Source: a virus (Duplodnaviria > Caudoviricetes). Taken from it: a DNA stretch of 39,532 nucleotides. The translations under genes were made by a program, and so were the position numbers. Shown in pieces: positions 1 to 9,345 of this stretch. The stretch lies in the IMG/VR virus record IMGVR_UViG_3300037046_000003, positions 1-39,532 of that record. One strand, given 5' to 3'. The notes beneath the pieces are model-generated. The model was not told the origin of the DNA and did no database searches. It saw only the letters and a program-made list of their open reading frames with translations. Every line of letters starts with the position of its first letter. Positions within the stretch are counted from its first letter, which is position 1.

Positions 1-131
1 GGCACCCTTGCGCTCCATGGAGCCCATGACGACAGTCAAGAAGGGGAGCTGGAACTCCTGAGCCAGGGTCGAGTAGATGCCTCCAAGGGAGGACTCCAGC
101 TCGTTGGCCACGTACCGGATTTCCTCGGCTG
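1..131. repeat. Terminal overlap with 39402-39532 (circular assembly, unit length ~39,401 bp)
   Basis: 1-131 is identical to 39402-39532 except G127/A39528. It falls inside the portal gene, so it is not the biological terminal repeat. Confidence 0.95.
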
Positions 132-1218
132 TGACGCGATCCCCGTTCCGCTGGATGGCGGAGTTCAGGAGGAAGGCGAAGCTCAGGGCGTCTTTGATTT
201 CCTTGATGGTGTCGTAGGCCACTCGGAAGTCGGCGAACTTGTTCATCTGGAGAACCGTGACATCCTCGGCATTCCCTTCCTTCACATCACCTGAAGAGGA
301 CTCTGCGAGGGTCCGCATCTTGGTGGTGGAGTTAGGCTTGACCAGGAAGAGAACCTTGGCGGCGGCGGCGGATGCCTGCACGATTGCCTTGGTTAGACCT
401 TCGAGGGTCTTCAGGTCCCCCAGGTACTCCTCAACGTAGCCACGGCCATAGTCTTCACCATCAATCTGGATGAAGCGCAGGGCCAGCCACGGGGACTTGT
501 CTTCGGGGTAGGTGCCATCGGTGCCGGGGATCATCATCCCTTCACACTCTTGATAGACCTCCCACCCCTTCGCTGTCCGGCGGATATGGGTATAGAGTTC
601 CTGGATGTCCTCGGCGCTCGGGTCATCACCATCGGAGTCCTTGGAGAGAGCCCGGCGGACTTCTTCCGGCAGCTCCATCGCGGAGATGTTCTCCTTGGTG
701 ATGATTTCCAGGCAGTGGCCCATCGGGTCACGCTTGGTCACATAGCGATCCAGGCGGAACACCTTCATGCCACCTTCTGGGGGCACGAACAGGAGGACGT
801 TGCCGGCAACCAGTAGGTGCTTCATGGCCTCGAACGTAGAGGACCGGGTATTTCCGGTTTCCACGCTGGTCATGACAGCACGCTCCATCTTGGAGAGAGC
901 CTCCTCGATGTCTGCACGGGCACCTTCACGGCCTGCCAGCTTCTCCAGCATGAAGTCATCGACCATCAGGCGGAAGAACGGGGAGTTCGGAGGAAGGAGA
1001 GCCAGGAGGAACTTGGCAGCCAGGTTATTGACACCACGGGCTCCCATAGACTGGAAGGGGGTCGGCAACTTGGTTGATCCCGTGATGCCTTCAGGAGGCA
1101 CCAGGGAGGGAATCGTTAGCGTTGAACATTCCCTGGCCCGACCGAGGTACGGGTTGCGGAGTGTCTCCAGCTTCGAGTAACGCGCTTTGGCGCTCTCGCT
1201 TGCCTTCCGGTCATCCAC
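1..1218 (-). CDS. Portal (head-tail connector, T7 gp8-like), N-terminal part; continues across the window edge into 39063-39401
   Basis: Manual translation from GTG at 1218 gives VDDRKASESAKARYSKLETLRNPYLGRARECSTLTIPSLVPPEG, typical of gp8. The joined ORF is 1557 nt (518 aa) and in frame. Confidence 0.93.
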   Translation of the reverse strand, partial: MDDRKASESAKARYSKLETLRNPYLGRARECSTLTIPSLVPPEGITGSTKLPTPFQSMGARGVNNLAAKFLLALLPPNSPFFRLMVDDFMLEKLAGREGARADIEEALSKMERAVMTSVETGNTRSSTFEAMKHLLVAGNVLLFVPPEGGMKVFRLDRYVTKRDPMGHCLEIITKENISAMELPEEVRRALSKDSDGDDPSAEDIQELYTHIRRTAKGWEVYQECEGMMIPGTDGTYPEDKSPWLALRFIQIDGEDYGRGYVEEYLGDLKTLEGLTKAIVQASAAAAKVLFLVKPNSTTKMRTLAESSSGDVKEGNAEDVTVLQMNKFADFRVAYDTIKEIKDALSFAFLLNSAIQRNGDRVTAEEIRYVANELESSLGGIYSTLAQEFQLPFLTVVMGSMERKGA

Positions 1219-1222
1219 CTAG

Positions 1223-1438
1223 TTAGCTGGTCGGTATTCCAAGACCAGATGAACCGGCAGGACCGGAGGTGGCCATGGGGCCGAGGTCGATACGGAGCTT
1301 GCTACGTGCCGTCTTGGAAGCCTTCGTGGTGGATACGTTAGAGCCAGTATCTTCCTCGGGGGACTCCATCTTGGGCGGCGGAGGCGGGGGTGGGGGCGGA
1401 GGCGGGGCAGCCTTCGGGGATTTGCTACTTCCACACAT
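1223..1438 (-). CDS. Small virion/tail-assembly protein (T7 gp6.7/7.3-like) with an 11-proline run
   Basis: MC- start, C-terminal RSKLRIDL...GLGIP motif, immediately upstream of portal. Confidence 0.7.
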   Translation of the reverse strand: MCGSSKSPKAAPPPPPPPPPPPKMESPEEDTGSNVSTTKASKTARSKLRIDLGPMATSGPAGSSGLGIPTS

Positions 1439-1626
1439 CAGAGTATTCCTTCTTGGGTGGCTTGTTGGAACTTAGCCTGAAGGACCTCAACAAGGCGCCT
1501 CTCTCCAGCTTTCATCCAAATTTCCCTGTCAGTGTCGGCAGGGTTGGGCGGTCTGCATGGGCAGAACTGGTCGAGGGCCTTGAGGAAGTCCTCAGACATC
1601 AGAAGGCCAATCCTTAGAGAATCCAT
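1438..1626 (-). CDS. Hypothetical protein, first gene of the late operon (gp6.5 position)
   Basis: 62-aa ORF with an AAGGA SD, downstream of the promoter motif at 1671-1691. Confidence 0.7.
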   Translation of the reverse strand: MDSLRIGLLMSEDFLKALDQFCPCRPPNPADTDREIWMKAGERRLVEVLQAKFQQATQEGIL

Positions 1627-1670
1627 AGGGGAATCCTTAGGGGCTTATCTATAGACACAGGAGGGGTCCT

Positions 1671-1691
1671 ATGCTACAGGTGGGTTTTACT
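1671..1691 (-). promoter_or_regulatory. Putative phage RNAP promoter (late)
   Basis: Minus strand AGTAAAACCCACCTGTAGCAT(AGG), a variant of a motif found in six co-oriented gene-boundary copies. Confidence 0.75.
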
Positions 1692-1714
1692 TCTAACCTG
1701 TTGATGCGGAAGGG

Positions 1715-2176
1715 TTATTTAGTGCCCAGCTTTTCGAGGCGTTTCAGTTCCTCGTTGGCGTAGAAGATGATCTTCTTGATGTCCCGCAGCTTGGGGCTGT
1801 GGGCTACCTCGCCGAAGCGATAGACGGCACGGAAGATTTCCCCCATCTGGGCGTTCATGTCCTTGGCGGAGATGAGGTCCTGGAGTTCGGTGGCACCGGC
1901 CGGCAACTGGTAGTAACTGGCGGTGGCGCCGTTGGAGGTGACCTTAGCGGCTGCTGTATTTACCATCGCCGTGGAGGCAATGGCGTTTAGGCTAGGCGGA
2001 AGGTAGCGGGGTCGCATCTCGACACGGAAGGCTTCGTCGTAGGGGTGGTTCAGGGTGATTCCTTTCCAGTTGGGTAGGGTAAGGGGAAGGTCGATGCAGC
2101 GGGAGCAGGGGGAGATGCTGAAGGGATTGACACCACGAATGCGGCTATCACAGGTCATGCAGCTTTTCTCAGTCAC
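1715..2176 (-). CDS. Hypothetical protein with N-terminal CxxC pairs and a C-terminal DUF3310/gp1.7-like domain
   Basis: SYY...QDLI...MNAQMGEIFRAVYRFG...RDIKKIIFYANEEL resembles the DUF3310 pattern. Confidence 0.55.
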   Translation of the reverse strand: MTEKSCMTCDSRIRGVNPFSISPCSRCIDLPLTLPNWKGITLNHPYDEAFRVEMRPRYLPPSLNAIASTAMVNTAAAKVTSNGATASYYQLPAGATELQDLISAKDMNAQMGEIFRAVYRFGEVAHSPKLRDIKKIIFYANEELKRLEKLGTK

Positions 2177-2316
2177 TTGGCTTTCCTCACGATTTCATCA
2201 ACACGCTCCATGGCGGATTGATGGGTTACCTTGCCGGATGCCCAGAGGACAACCAGCTCGGTGATTTCACGGAGAGCCTTGATGGCCCTCTCCTGGATGG
2301 AAATGTCTGTTGCCAC
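2173..2316 (-). CDS. Small hypothetical protein (47 aa)
   Basis: GTG start overlaps the upstream stop, and its stop overlaps the next start (coupled operon packing). Confidence 0.55.
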   Translation of the reverse strand: MATDISIQERAIKALREITELVVLWASGKVTHQSAMERVDEIVRKAK

Positions 2317-2594
2317 TACTTCTTGACCACGTAGCGAGTGACGGTCACCTCTTGAGGGACCACTTCGTAGCACTCCGGGTCGTCATAGTAGTAGTCGCTG
2401 TAGTAGTTACCGGAGCGACGTTGGGCCACCATGAAGAACTGCTCACCCATCTTGTAGGTGGTGTCCTTCGAGGCGTAGTCCTTGTAGTCAATTTCCCAAT
2501 CGCCATCCTGGACGATGGTTGCCTCTTCAGGCGGTTCGCCGTCCTCGTCCATTAGGGCAAGGAACTCGGCAGCGGTCATCATTGTGGTGTCCAT
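2316..2594 (-). CDS. Acidic hypothetical phage protein
   Basis: 92-aa ORF overlapping its neighbours on the coding strand. Confidence 0.7.
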   Translation of the reverse strand: MDTTMMTAAEFLALMDEDGEPPEEATIVQDGDWEIDYKDYASKDTTYKMGEQFFMVAQRRSGNYYSDYYYDDPECYEVVPQEVTVTRYVVKK

Positions 2595-3403
2595 AGCTTC
2601 ACTTTCTTTTCTTTGAAGTCGTAATCAGAGGCACGGCAGATGCGGGCCACTCGGGCTTGCACCAATGCGTCCTCTTCGGTTAATCCGGCCTTCTCGAAGA
2701 TGGCCACTACAGATTCCCAGCGGGATGCACTTGGGACTTTCTCCCAGCGAATCTCCGTGGTCTTCTTGCGGGGGTAGATGTACTCGTAGGCCTGGTACTT
2801 CAGCCCGGCATCCACCGTTTCCTTGTAGGCCTTCAGACCGTAGCCCGGAGCGCCCTTGTAGTGGTCCGTGTCGTCACCTGTCACAGCCTGCAACAGGTGC
2901 CACCAATCGGCTTCCTCTTCGGAGACCTTCCAGGGCTTGGGGTCCTTTGCGGGGTTCCACAGCCAGCCGGGGATGGTCTTCATGTCCTTGTCTTCGGACA
3001 CGATGACCTTGCGACCAGGGACCAGGGTGGGGTGTGTGGAGAGAATCCCCATCACATCGTCCGCCTCCAGCGTGGGCCTTGCGTAGGTCCGGTAGGCACT
3101 TGCCAGGTACTCCTTGATGGGAGTCAGCAGGAGCGGCCTGTTGTCATAGTCACGGTTGCCCTTGTAGGAGGGCAGGACTCCGAGGCGGAAGTTCTCTTCG
3201 TGAGGGCAGGAGAGGCACACGATGATTTCGTCTGCCTTCCAGCGGGCCTTCCACTCAGCCAGTTGGGCATCTACCTGGAGGGCTACAGTGCCCATGCTAG
3301 ATACCGTCTTGGTGATGACCCCGTTGCCCCAGTCGTGCTTCTCCTCATTGGTGGATGCGTGCTTGAAGGCTACGATGTCCGCATCAATCAGGAGGGTAAT
3401 CAC
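2579..3403 (-). CDS. 5'-3' exonuclease (T7 gp6-like)
   Basis: LLIDADI, YKGNR, LEADDVMGI, SEDKDM and GDDTDHYKGAPG motifs. Start moved to GTG 3403, which overlaps the holin stop. Confidence 0.93.
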   Translation of the reverse strand: MITLLIDADIVAFKHASTNEEKHDWGNGVITKTVSSMGTVALQVDAQLAEWKARWKADEIIVCLSCPHEENFRLGVLPSYKGNRDYDNRPLLLTPIKEYLASAYRTYARPTLEADDVMGILSTHPTLVPGRKVIVSEDKDMKTIPGWLWNPAKDPKPWKVSEEEADWWHLLQAVTGDDTDHYKGAPGYGLKAYKETVDAGLKYQAYEYIYPRKKTTEIRWEKVPSASRWESVVAIFEKAGLTEEDALVQARVARICRASDYDFKEKKVKLWTPQ

Positions 3404-3768
3404 TTCTTCAGGATGCCTGCCACGGTCCCGGCAACCTTCTCCACACTGCGGCCAACGACATAGCCGCCCAGGCCCAACTGAACGATGTCCCACAGCTTCA
3501 GGTACTCTTCAGGGCTCAGGTCTGGGGCGGACATGCCGAACCAGCGGGCCACAATCAGGGTAGTGAAGGTGAGCATGGTGATGGGGCGCCAGGAGGCGGT
3601 GAGCCAGTTGGTGCTCTGTGCTTCGGCCTTCACGATGTCAGCTTGTGCGGCGAACACTGTGAGGATGGTTGTTACGCGGGCCTTCTCGGCTTCGCCTGCA
3701 TCCGGCCAGATTTTGTCCAGGATGGTCTTGCCAGCTTCGAGGGCTGCTGTGAGGGGATCAAGCGCCAT
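3400..3768 (-). CDS. Holin-like protein, GTA 3TM holin family
   Basis: LDKIWPD...KAEAQSTNWLTASWRP...LGLGGYVVGRSVEK signature with hydrophobic segments. Confidence 0.8.
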   Translation of the reverse strand: MALDPLTAALEAGKTILDKIWPDAGEAEKARVTTILTVFAAQADIVKAEAQSTNWLTASWRPITMLTFTTLIVARWFGMSAPDLSPEEYLKLWDIVQLGLGGYVVGRSVEKVAGTVAGILKK

Positions 3769-3773
3769 AGTGC

Positions 3774-4064
3774 TTATTCTTTCGAGAGAAACGTGAGGCC
3801 AGATGCCGTGGTCCTCCAGAGGTGTCCGTAGTGGAGACTCCTGGGGGCGGTCCTGGTGGTGATGTAGCCGAGGCTTGAGGCAGCGGCCACAAAGAAGGCG
3901 TTGCTTCGTGCGAAGTCGGACTGAAGGGAGAAGGGGCAGGTGTATGCCTGCTGGACAACCTCCAGGAGCCTCTTATCGAGCCCTTCGGAGTATTCCTTCG
4001 CGCCGGCCGTCTTGAACATAACGGCGGGGCGCACCTTGCAGCGGGTGGGAGTGGTCAGTGACAT
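3774..4064 (-). CDS. T7 gp5.7-like protein (host RNAP inhibitor family); start uncertain
   Basis: CPFSLQSDFARSNAFFVAAASSLGYIT...WRTTASGLTFL parallels T7 gp5.7, and the position after the polymerase is syntenic. Confidence 0.75.
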   Translation of the reverse strand: MSLTTPTRCKVRPAVMFKTAGAKEYSEGLDKRLLEVVQQAYTCPFSLQSDFARSNAFFVAAASSLGYITTRTAPRSLHYGHLWRTTASGLTFLSKE

Positions 4065-6094
4065 TCGGCCCAGTTCTTTCCTATCTTGTATTCCCCTGTG
4101 ATGGGTACGCGGAAGTTGAAGAAGGTGCCGGTATCGGCGATGGCTTGAACCGCCATAGCGCCTACCTGCTCGGCCACTGAGGGATCACACGACAATTGGA
4201 TTTCGTCATGGACCCAAAGCATCTGATCCACAAGATGGTCTATCCCAGCAGCCACAAGGGCTTCATGGAACAGGACCTGCCACTGCTTGGAGAGGATGGC
4301 GCCACAGGATTGCAGGAGGGAGTTCAGGGCGGCGTGACGATGGCGGACCTTGATGAGTCGCCCATCGAGCCCCTTGAGATACCCCTGTTTGGCCTTCAGC
4401 GAGACGGCATCAATGAGTTCCTTCAGGGCTGGTAGGCCGGCAAGGAAGCGGCGCTTCAGAGCCTCCCCAGCTTCACGGCCTTGGCCAATGATCTTGCCGA
4501 GGCGTTCTCCGCCAGCCCCATAGAGGAAGGCGTAGATGAAGGTCTTGGCGTTGTCCCGTGTGGGCAGCTTGACAGCCTTCTGATTGACCGTATGGACATC
4601 ACCCTTGGTGACCACAAGGCCGTAGGCCCCATCGTCGTAGCGGGCCATGTAGTGGGCCAGGCAGCGCAGCTCAATGCCGGACATATCTATGCCGACCTGG
4701 ACGCGCCCTGGAGGTGGTCCGAAGAGGGACCTACACTCGAATCCCCAGCCACCCGGCAGGCCCATGAGGATGGACCCGTCATCAGCCTTCACTACCTTAG
4801 GCACTTGGCCCATGTTGGGGTTGCTGTGAGTGGCACGGCCTGTGACAGCCCCATTGGTAACCATGGAGCCGAATATCCAGCCGTCCCTTTCGTGGCGTAG
4901 CCAGGACTCCTTACCCTCGGACAGTTGCCCAAGGCGCTTCCCGATGGTGAGGTAGGTGGAGAACACCTGGGCCTCTGGGTAGGGGAGTTCCTTCAGGATG
5001 GTCTCGTCAATCTTCGCAGCCCCTTCCGGGGTAAGCTCAGTGGGCTCCCAGCCGTACAGCTCTTTGAGCCAGATGGCGATATGCACACGGGAGCCAGGAT
5101 TGAACTCAACCAGCTTGACCTTCGTGTAGGCAGCCCCTTCGGTGAAGTCGTAGGAGTTGTAGCAATAGCCAGTGATGACCTTTGCCTTGCCCCTGCCCGT
5201 ACTGATGGGGCGGTTTAGGTTAAGCCCAAGGGCCTCTTCCTGGTCCCGCCTGGACATCGGGGGGACTGTCTCCATGCACTCACCGAACCAGCGAGGTTTG
5301 AAGATGAGCTTCAGCTTCTCCTCAATCTTCAGCTTCTCTTTGACCATCTCTGCATAGAGCTGGCCTGCGGCTGTGCGATTGAAGCAGACGCCATAGCGTT
5401 CCTGCTGGGCGATGATTGAAGCCACCGCATGTTCCAGGATTACGGACTTGACGGAGAAGGGATCAGGGGCCTTCTTCAGGGCCTTGAACTGGGAGCCTTC
5501 CATCTTGGAGAGGCACTTGTCCCAGAGGGCCGAGGTGGCAACAATGTCCTGAACGCAGTAGTCATCCATGGACTGATTCCACTTGGCCCATTTGGTGGCC
5601 TTGCGGAGTGCCTCATCGGCAATGGCAGGGTCCCCTGCGTACTCATCCTTGAAGACCCCGAGGCGGTAACCCCAGGCTTCCAGCGAGTGACGCTTGAAGA
5701 GGTTCTTCGGCAGCGTCCCCTTCTTCATCAGCCCGATGTCTAGGTCGATGATGTCAGCGTAGAGCAAGCGAACCAGAACCAGCGTATCCCACACCATGGC
5801 CATGTTTGGCTTGAAGGCGGGGATTAGCTTCTTGAGGGCAGGGATGTCGAACTTGATTACGTTGTGGCCGGCGATGAATGTGCCGTTGTGCGTTGCTGCA
5901 TGCAGCCGCTCGACTCCCTGAAGGATTGAACCTGTCCGGAAGACTGGGTGCGGCTGGTCGTTGTAGCGGGAGATTTCCCCAGTGGCTGTATCCTTGATGA
6001 CCAGGCAGTGATGCAAGGTCAGCTCAGGGATCAGCCCGTTCGTCTCGATGTCGAATAGGAGCACCGGGACCTCGGAAGGCCCCGGATAGATCAC
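4055..6094 (-). CDS. DNA polymerase family A (T7 gp5-like)
   Basis: ExoI FDIETNG, GHNVIKFD, motif A DMSGIELR, motif B RDNAKTFIYAFLYG and motif C VHDE. Confidence 0.97.
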   Translation of the reverse strand: MIYPGPSEVPVLLFDIETNGLIPELTLHHCLVIKDTATGEISRYNDQPHPVFRTGSILQGVERLHAATHNGTFIAGHNVIKFDIPALKKLIPAFKPNMAMVWDTLVLVRLLYADIIDLDIGLMKKGTLPKNLFKRHSLEAWGYRLGVFKDEYAGDPAIADEALRKATKWAKWNQSMDDYCVQDIVATSALWDKCLSKMEGSQFKALKKAPDPFSVKSVILEHAVASIIAQQERYGVCFNRTAAGQLYAEMVKEKLKIEEKLKLIFKPRWFGECMETVPPMSRRDQEEALGLNLNRPISTGRGKAKVITGYCYNSYDFTEGAAYTKVKLVEFNPGSRVHIAIWLKELYGWEPTELTPEGAAKIDETILKELPYPEAQVFSTYLTIGKRLGQLSEGKESWLRHERDGWIFGSMVTNGAVTGRATHSNPNMGQVPKVVKADDGSILMGLPGGWGFECRSLFGPPPGRVQVGIDMSGIELRCLAHYMARYDDGAYGLVVTKGDVHTVNQKAVKLPTRDNAKTFIYAFLYGAGGERLGKIIGQGREAGEALKRRFLAGLPALKELIDAVSLKAKQGYLKGLDGRLIKVRHRHAALNSLLQSCGAILSKQWQVLFHEALVAAGIDHLVDQMLWVHDEIQLSCDPSVAEQVGAMAVQAIADTGTFFNFRVPITGEYKIGKNWAECH

Positions 6095-6339
6095 AGCCGG
6101 GGAGCCGTGCCGGCGAACAATGCTTCGATGCGGTCGGCTGCATTGAGGGCTTCTTCAGCTTCGCTCATGGCGGCGTTGGCGGACGAGAGCAAGGCGGCGG
6201 CTTCTTCTTCCTTGCGGGTGGCTTCCTGGGCCTTCTCGGCAGCCAGGTCGCGGAGGTTCTCGGCCAGCTTGATGAACGTAGCCATCAGGCCAAGGAGGGT
6301 CTTCTTGAACGGGTTCAGATTCTTGAGGGCGGTGAGCAT
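6091..6339 (-). CDS. Ala-rich helical protein, T7 gp4.3-like
   Basis: ATG 6339 with an AGGA SD. Composition and position between helicase and polymerase fit gp4.3. Confidence 0.6.
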   Translation of the reverse strand: MLTALKNLNPFKKTLLGLMATFIKLAENLRDLAAEKAQEATRKEEEAAALLSSANAAMSEAEEALNAADRIEALFAGTAPRL

Positions 6340-6346
6340 GGGATTC

Positions 6347-6526
6347 CTAGATGTGTTTGATGGAGTTATTGAGAGTGGCCAGGACTTCAGACCGGATGTG
6401 CTTCCTGAAGCGGTCGGATACTTCATCAGCGAGGGCAACATAGAAGCCCTCATGGTGGCCCCTGCGGAGGGCCTCATTGATAATCATTGAGTAGCCCATG
6501 CTGGGGATGCGGACATCCAGGCGCAC
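6347..6526 (-). CDS. Small ORF (59 aa), absent from the ORF track; possibly a frameshifted continuation of 6528-6875
   Basis: Manual translation VRLDVRIPSMGYSMIINEALRRG...LNNSIKHI* fills the gap exactly. Confidence 0.5.
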   Translation of the reverse strand: MRLDVRIPSMGYSMIINEALRRGHHEGFYVALADEVSDRFRKHIRSEVLATLNNSIKHI

Positions 6527-6527
6527 T

Positions 6528-6875
6528 TCACCAACGTATTTTTTCGGAGACCACGCGGGGGTCCATCTTCATTGGCCAGTTGGTGATCTGCGGGCGCAGG
6601 TCTTCGTACAGCCTATTGAGAACCTCCTTGGTGAAGCGGTAGGCTTCCTTGGAGGATGACAAGTCAGCGCGGAGCTGGGCGTTGTCCTTGCGGTACTCGT
6701 TGTTGGCAGCGATAGCTACTGCGGTGCTTTCCCGGTATGAGTCCAGGAGCATCTGGAGGGACTCATTAACCCATTTCTCTAGTTGGACTGACTCCTCCAG
6801 GGCCTTGACTGTCTTGTTCAGGCGGAGCGGAAAGGTGGCGGCGAAGAACGCCTGAATGGTCTGGCGGAGTTTCAC
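6528..6875 (-). CDS. Hypothetical coiled-coil protein
   Basis: 115-aa ORF with a GAGGAG SD. Confidence 0.7.
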   Translation of the reverse strand: MKLRQTIQAFFAATFPLRLNKTVKALEESVQLEKWVNESLQMLLDSYRESTAVAIAANNEYRKDNAQLRADLSSSKEAYRFTKEVLNRLYEDLRPQITNWPMKMDPRVVSEKIRW

Positions 6876-6879
6876 TGGG

Positions 6880-7068
6880 TTACTCCTCGGAGGCGTTCAG
6901 GTGCAGCTTGCGTTCCATCCGGACGTTGGCGGCGGTGACTTGGCGCAACTGAGACAGCAGCCAGGCGTTATCCATCTCGGACTGGTGATGGCTCTTGGCC
7001 AGGGCTGCCTGGTGGGCCTTGCGGGAAACCGGGAGGTGCTTTGCGAGGAAGGACGGGATGAGTTTCAT
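6880..7068 (-). CDS. Hypothetical protein
   Basis: 62-aa ORF with an AAGGAG SD. Confidence 0.7.
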   Translation of the reverse strand: MKLIPSFLAKHLPVSRKAHQAALAKSHHQSEMDNAWLLSQLRQVTAANVRMERKLHLNASEE

Positions 7069-7086
7069 GAGGTGCTCCTTGAGCGT

Positions 7087-8727
7087 TTAAAAGTCGGGGT
7101 TGTCTGCGCCGGTCTTTGGGAATGGGCAGTCGGTGTAAGGATTCGGGATGACGGTTAGCCGGCCCGTGTCGGAGATGTAGCGTGAGTAGAACGTCTGCCC
7201 TGTGGCCTTGCCCGTGTAGCGGTCCTTCAGGCATCGGAAGGTGGTCACTTGGCGCAGCTCTTCGTTGTCGTCCTGCTGATTTCTTTCCAGGCCGAACAGG
7301 AAGTGCGCCCAGAAGCCGATGGCGCGGGCACCTTTGAAGTGGCGGACCATGACTCGGCCACCTTCTTCGTGAGGCTTCCCTTCAGGGGTGGCTAGGTGAG
7401 ATACGAAGTGAATGATGACCATCAGCTCTTTAGCCAGGCCAGCCATCTCCTTCATGATTTGCTCGATGGAGCCGCGCTCGTTGTCGGTGTCGGCCATCGC
7501 AGTCAAGTGGTCCAGGTAGAAGAGCTTGATGCCCTGGGCTGCCATGTAGCGGATATGCCCCCTCACTACGTCCCAGTCGGTTTGTCCGAAGTTGTCGTAG
7601 AGGGTGACCTTGCCGCGCAGTGCTTCCACGCCTTGGTCCAGCTCGTCATCAGTCCAGCCTGAGTCAGGGATATGGAACTGCCTATCCTTGATCTTGCCGG
7701 CGATGCGCTTGCCGAGTTCTGCTATAGGCGTCTCAAGGAAGATGAGGCCCACAGGCATGTCGAGCTGGGTGATGTCGAAGGCTATCTGCTCGGTGAGCCA
7801 GTCAGTCTTGCCCACACCAGTGCCAGCGCCGAAGCCATAGAGTTCCCCCAGACGGCGCCCGTAGGTGACCTTCGTGAGTTCGTCCATCCACCATGGGAAG
7901 CCAAGCAGCACAGGCTTCTTGATTTCATCCATGATTTCATCGACTGACACCAGCCCATCAGGCCGGTACTCCTTGGCACCCCAGATGGCATCAATGACTT
8001 CTGAGCCACGGCCTGCCATGAGCATCTCATTGGCGTCCTTCAGGGGCAGCGATGCAACCTTGCACTTGCCTGGGGAGAACAGCGGGGCGCACTCAGCGAT
8101 AGCCAAGGCGCCGGGTTCATCCATGTCGAACATCAGGATGACCGTCTCGAACTTCTCCAGCCATGCCAGGTTACGGGAGATTGCCTTCTTGCCGGCGGCG
8201 GAGCCATTGGTGAGGGACACCACGGGCCACTTGTTGCTCTGGAGCTGGCTAACCGTCATGGCGTCAATCTCGCCCTCGGTTACGACAACCATCTTGCCGC
8301 CATCGCGCCACAGGTTTTGACCGAACAGCTCGACAGACTTGAAGTCCCCAACTGTGGAGAACTCCTTGTCGGGGGTCCGCACCTTCTGGGCAACCATCTG
8401 GCCTTCCTTGAAGTACGGAGCTAGCTGAACCGGGCTGCCGTCGAGGGTGGTCCCGCATGAGTATTTGAACTTGGCGCAGGTTTCCTCTGTTATGCCCCTC
8501 TTCGGAAGGGCCTTTACTGTGCCCTTGATGAGAACGGCTGACATCTGTGGTTTCCTTGTGGAGGTAGGGATGGAGTAGTCACCATCACCGGGTTGCCAGT
8601 CGCGGCAGACATGGCAAAACGTATGGCCATCGGTGTAGAGGGCAGCCCCATCGCTGGAGCCGCACTTCGGACACGCTTGATGACAGACGAACTCGGAGTC
8701 GTCCCCCTCGTTACTGGAGCGGGACAC
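7087..8727 (-). CDS. Primase/helicase (T7 gp4-like); probable internal 4B-type start at 8544
   Basis: Zn finger CPKCGSSD...CHVC, TOPRIM VTEGEID/FDMD, Walker A GAGTGVGKT and LDHL. In-frame ATG (Met62) is preceded by AAGGA. Confidence 0.97.
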   Translation of the reverse strand: MSRSSNEGDDSEFVCHQACPKCGSSDGAALYTDGHTFCHVCRDWQPGDGDYSIPTSTRKPQMSAVLIKGTVKALPKRGITEETCAKFKYSCGTTLDGSPVQLAPYFKEGQMVAQKVRTPDKEFSTVGDFKSVELFGQNLWRDGGKMVVVTEGEIDAMTVSQLQSNKWPVVSLTNGSAAGKKAISRNLAWLEKFETVILMFDMDEPGALAIAECAPLFSPGKCKVASLPLKDANEMLMAGRGSEVIDAIWGAKEYRPDGLVSVDEIMDEIKKPVLLGFPWWMDELTKVTYGRRLGELYGFGAGTGVGKTDWLTEQIAFDITQLDMPVGLIFLETPIAELGKRIAGKIKDRQFHIPDSGWTDDELDQGVEALRGKVTLYDNFGQTDWDVVRGHIRYMAAQGIKLFYLDHLTAMADTDNERGSIEQIMKEMAGLAKELMVIIHFVSHLATPEGKPHEEGGRVMVRHFKGARAIGFWAHFLFGLERNQQDDNEELRQVTTFRCLKDRYTGKATGQTFYSRYISDTGRLTVIPNPYTDCPFPKTGADNPDF

Positions 8728-8920
8728 CCTTAGAGCCCAGGTAGCGCGCCGTCTTGTAGGAGAGCTTGGCTGTCCAGTCCTTGGCCGGCTTGGTCGGCTT
8801 GTTGGCGTAGCGAACCAGCGAGTTCAGCGCCTGATCCAGCAGCGGGCTGGCATCATTCACCTTCGCGTTGGCAAAGGCGGTGGCCATACTGGAGAAGTGC
8901 ATGGGCTTCGGCTGGGTCAT
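8711..8920 (-). CDS. Hypothetical protein (69 aa)
   Basis: ATGA overlap with the upstream stop at 8917-8920. Confidence 0.6.
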   Translation of the reverse strand: MTQPKPMHFSSMATAFANAKVNDASPLLDQALNSLVRYANKPTKPAKDWTAKLSYKTARYLGSKGVPLQ

Positions 8921-9321
8921 TGGATGATTTCCAGCTCGTTGTAGTCGAAGCACACAGCATCCTCGTCGTCGGCGAACGTAACGTGCATCGGCATCTCAAC
9001 ATCCCCGTCATCAGCGACCGTGACGATGCCGACGGAGCCTGCGCAATCAACATCAGGAAGCACGCGGACCTTGGTGCCCACCGGGGTGTCCTTCGAGGGC
9101 ATCCGTGGCAGCCGATAGATGGCGAACTGGACATCACTGGACTCGCTCTGGACCACTTCGGTCTGGATCGGGTAGCCCTTGGCGCGGAGGCGGAACACGG
9201 TATCGGACAGGCGCATGTGGCCCCACAGGGCGGTCGCCTTGGAGATGTCCAGGGAGTGCCCTGTCTGGAGGTAGGCCAGGACCTTGGCGGTCTTGGAGCT
9301 GGGTGTCGGAACGTGCTTCAT
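8917..9321 (-). CDS. Winged-helix HTH protein with an acidic beta-rich C-terminal domain
   Basis: KVLAYLQTGHSLD...MRLSDTVFRLRAKGYPIQTE fits a phage HTH_39-like pattern. Confidence 0.7.
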   Translation of the reverse strand: MKHVPTPSSKTAKVLAYLQTGHSLDISKATALWGHMRLSDTVFRLRAKGYPIQTEVVQSESSDVQFAIYRLPRMPSKDTPVGTKVRVLPDVDCAGSVGIVTVADDGDVEMPMHVTFADDEDAVCFDYNELEIIQ

Positions 9322-9345
9322 TTTTGGGAATCCTTGGGTGAATGC

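Noticed and set aside
1-131. Biological direct terminal repeat
   Set aside because: It lies mid-portal gene and is an assembly circularisation overlap.
2579-3493. ORF-track starts for exonuclease (3493), capsid (37742), terS (23871) and gp13 (33817)
   Set aside because: Downstream starts with an SD or stop/start coupling match the family N-termini better.
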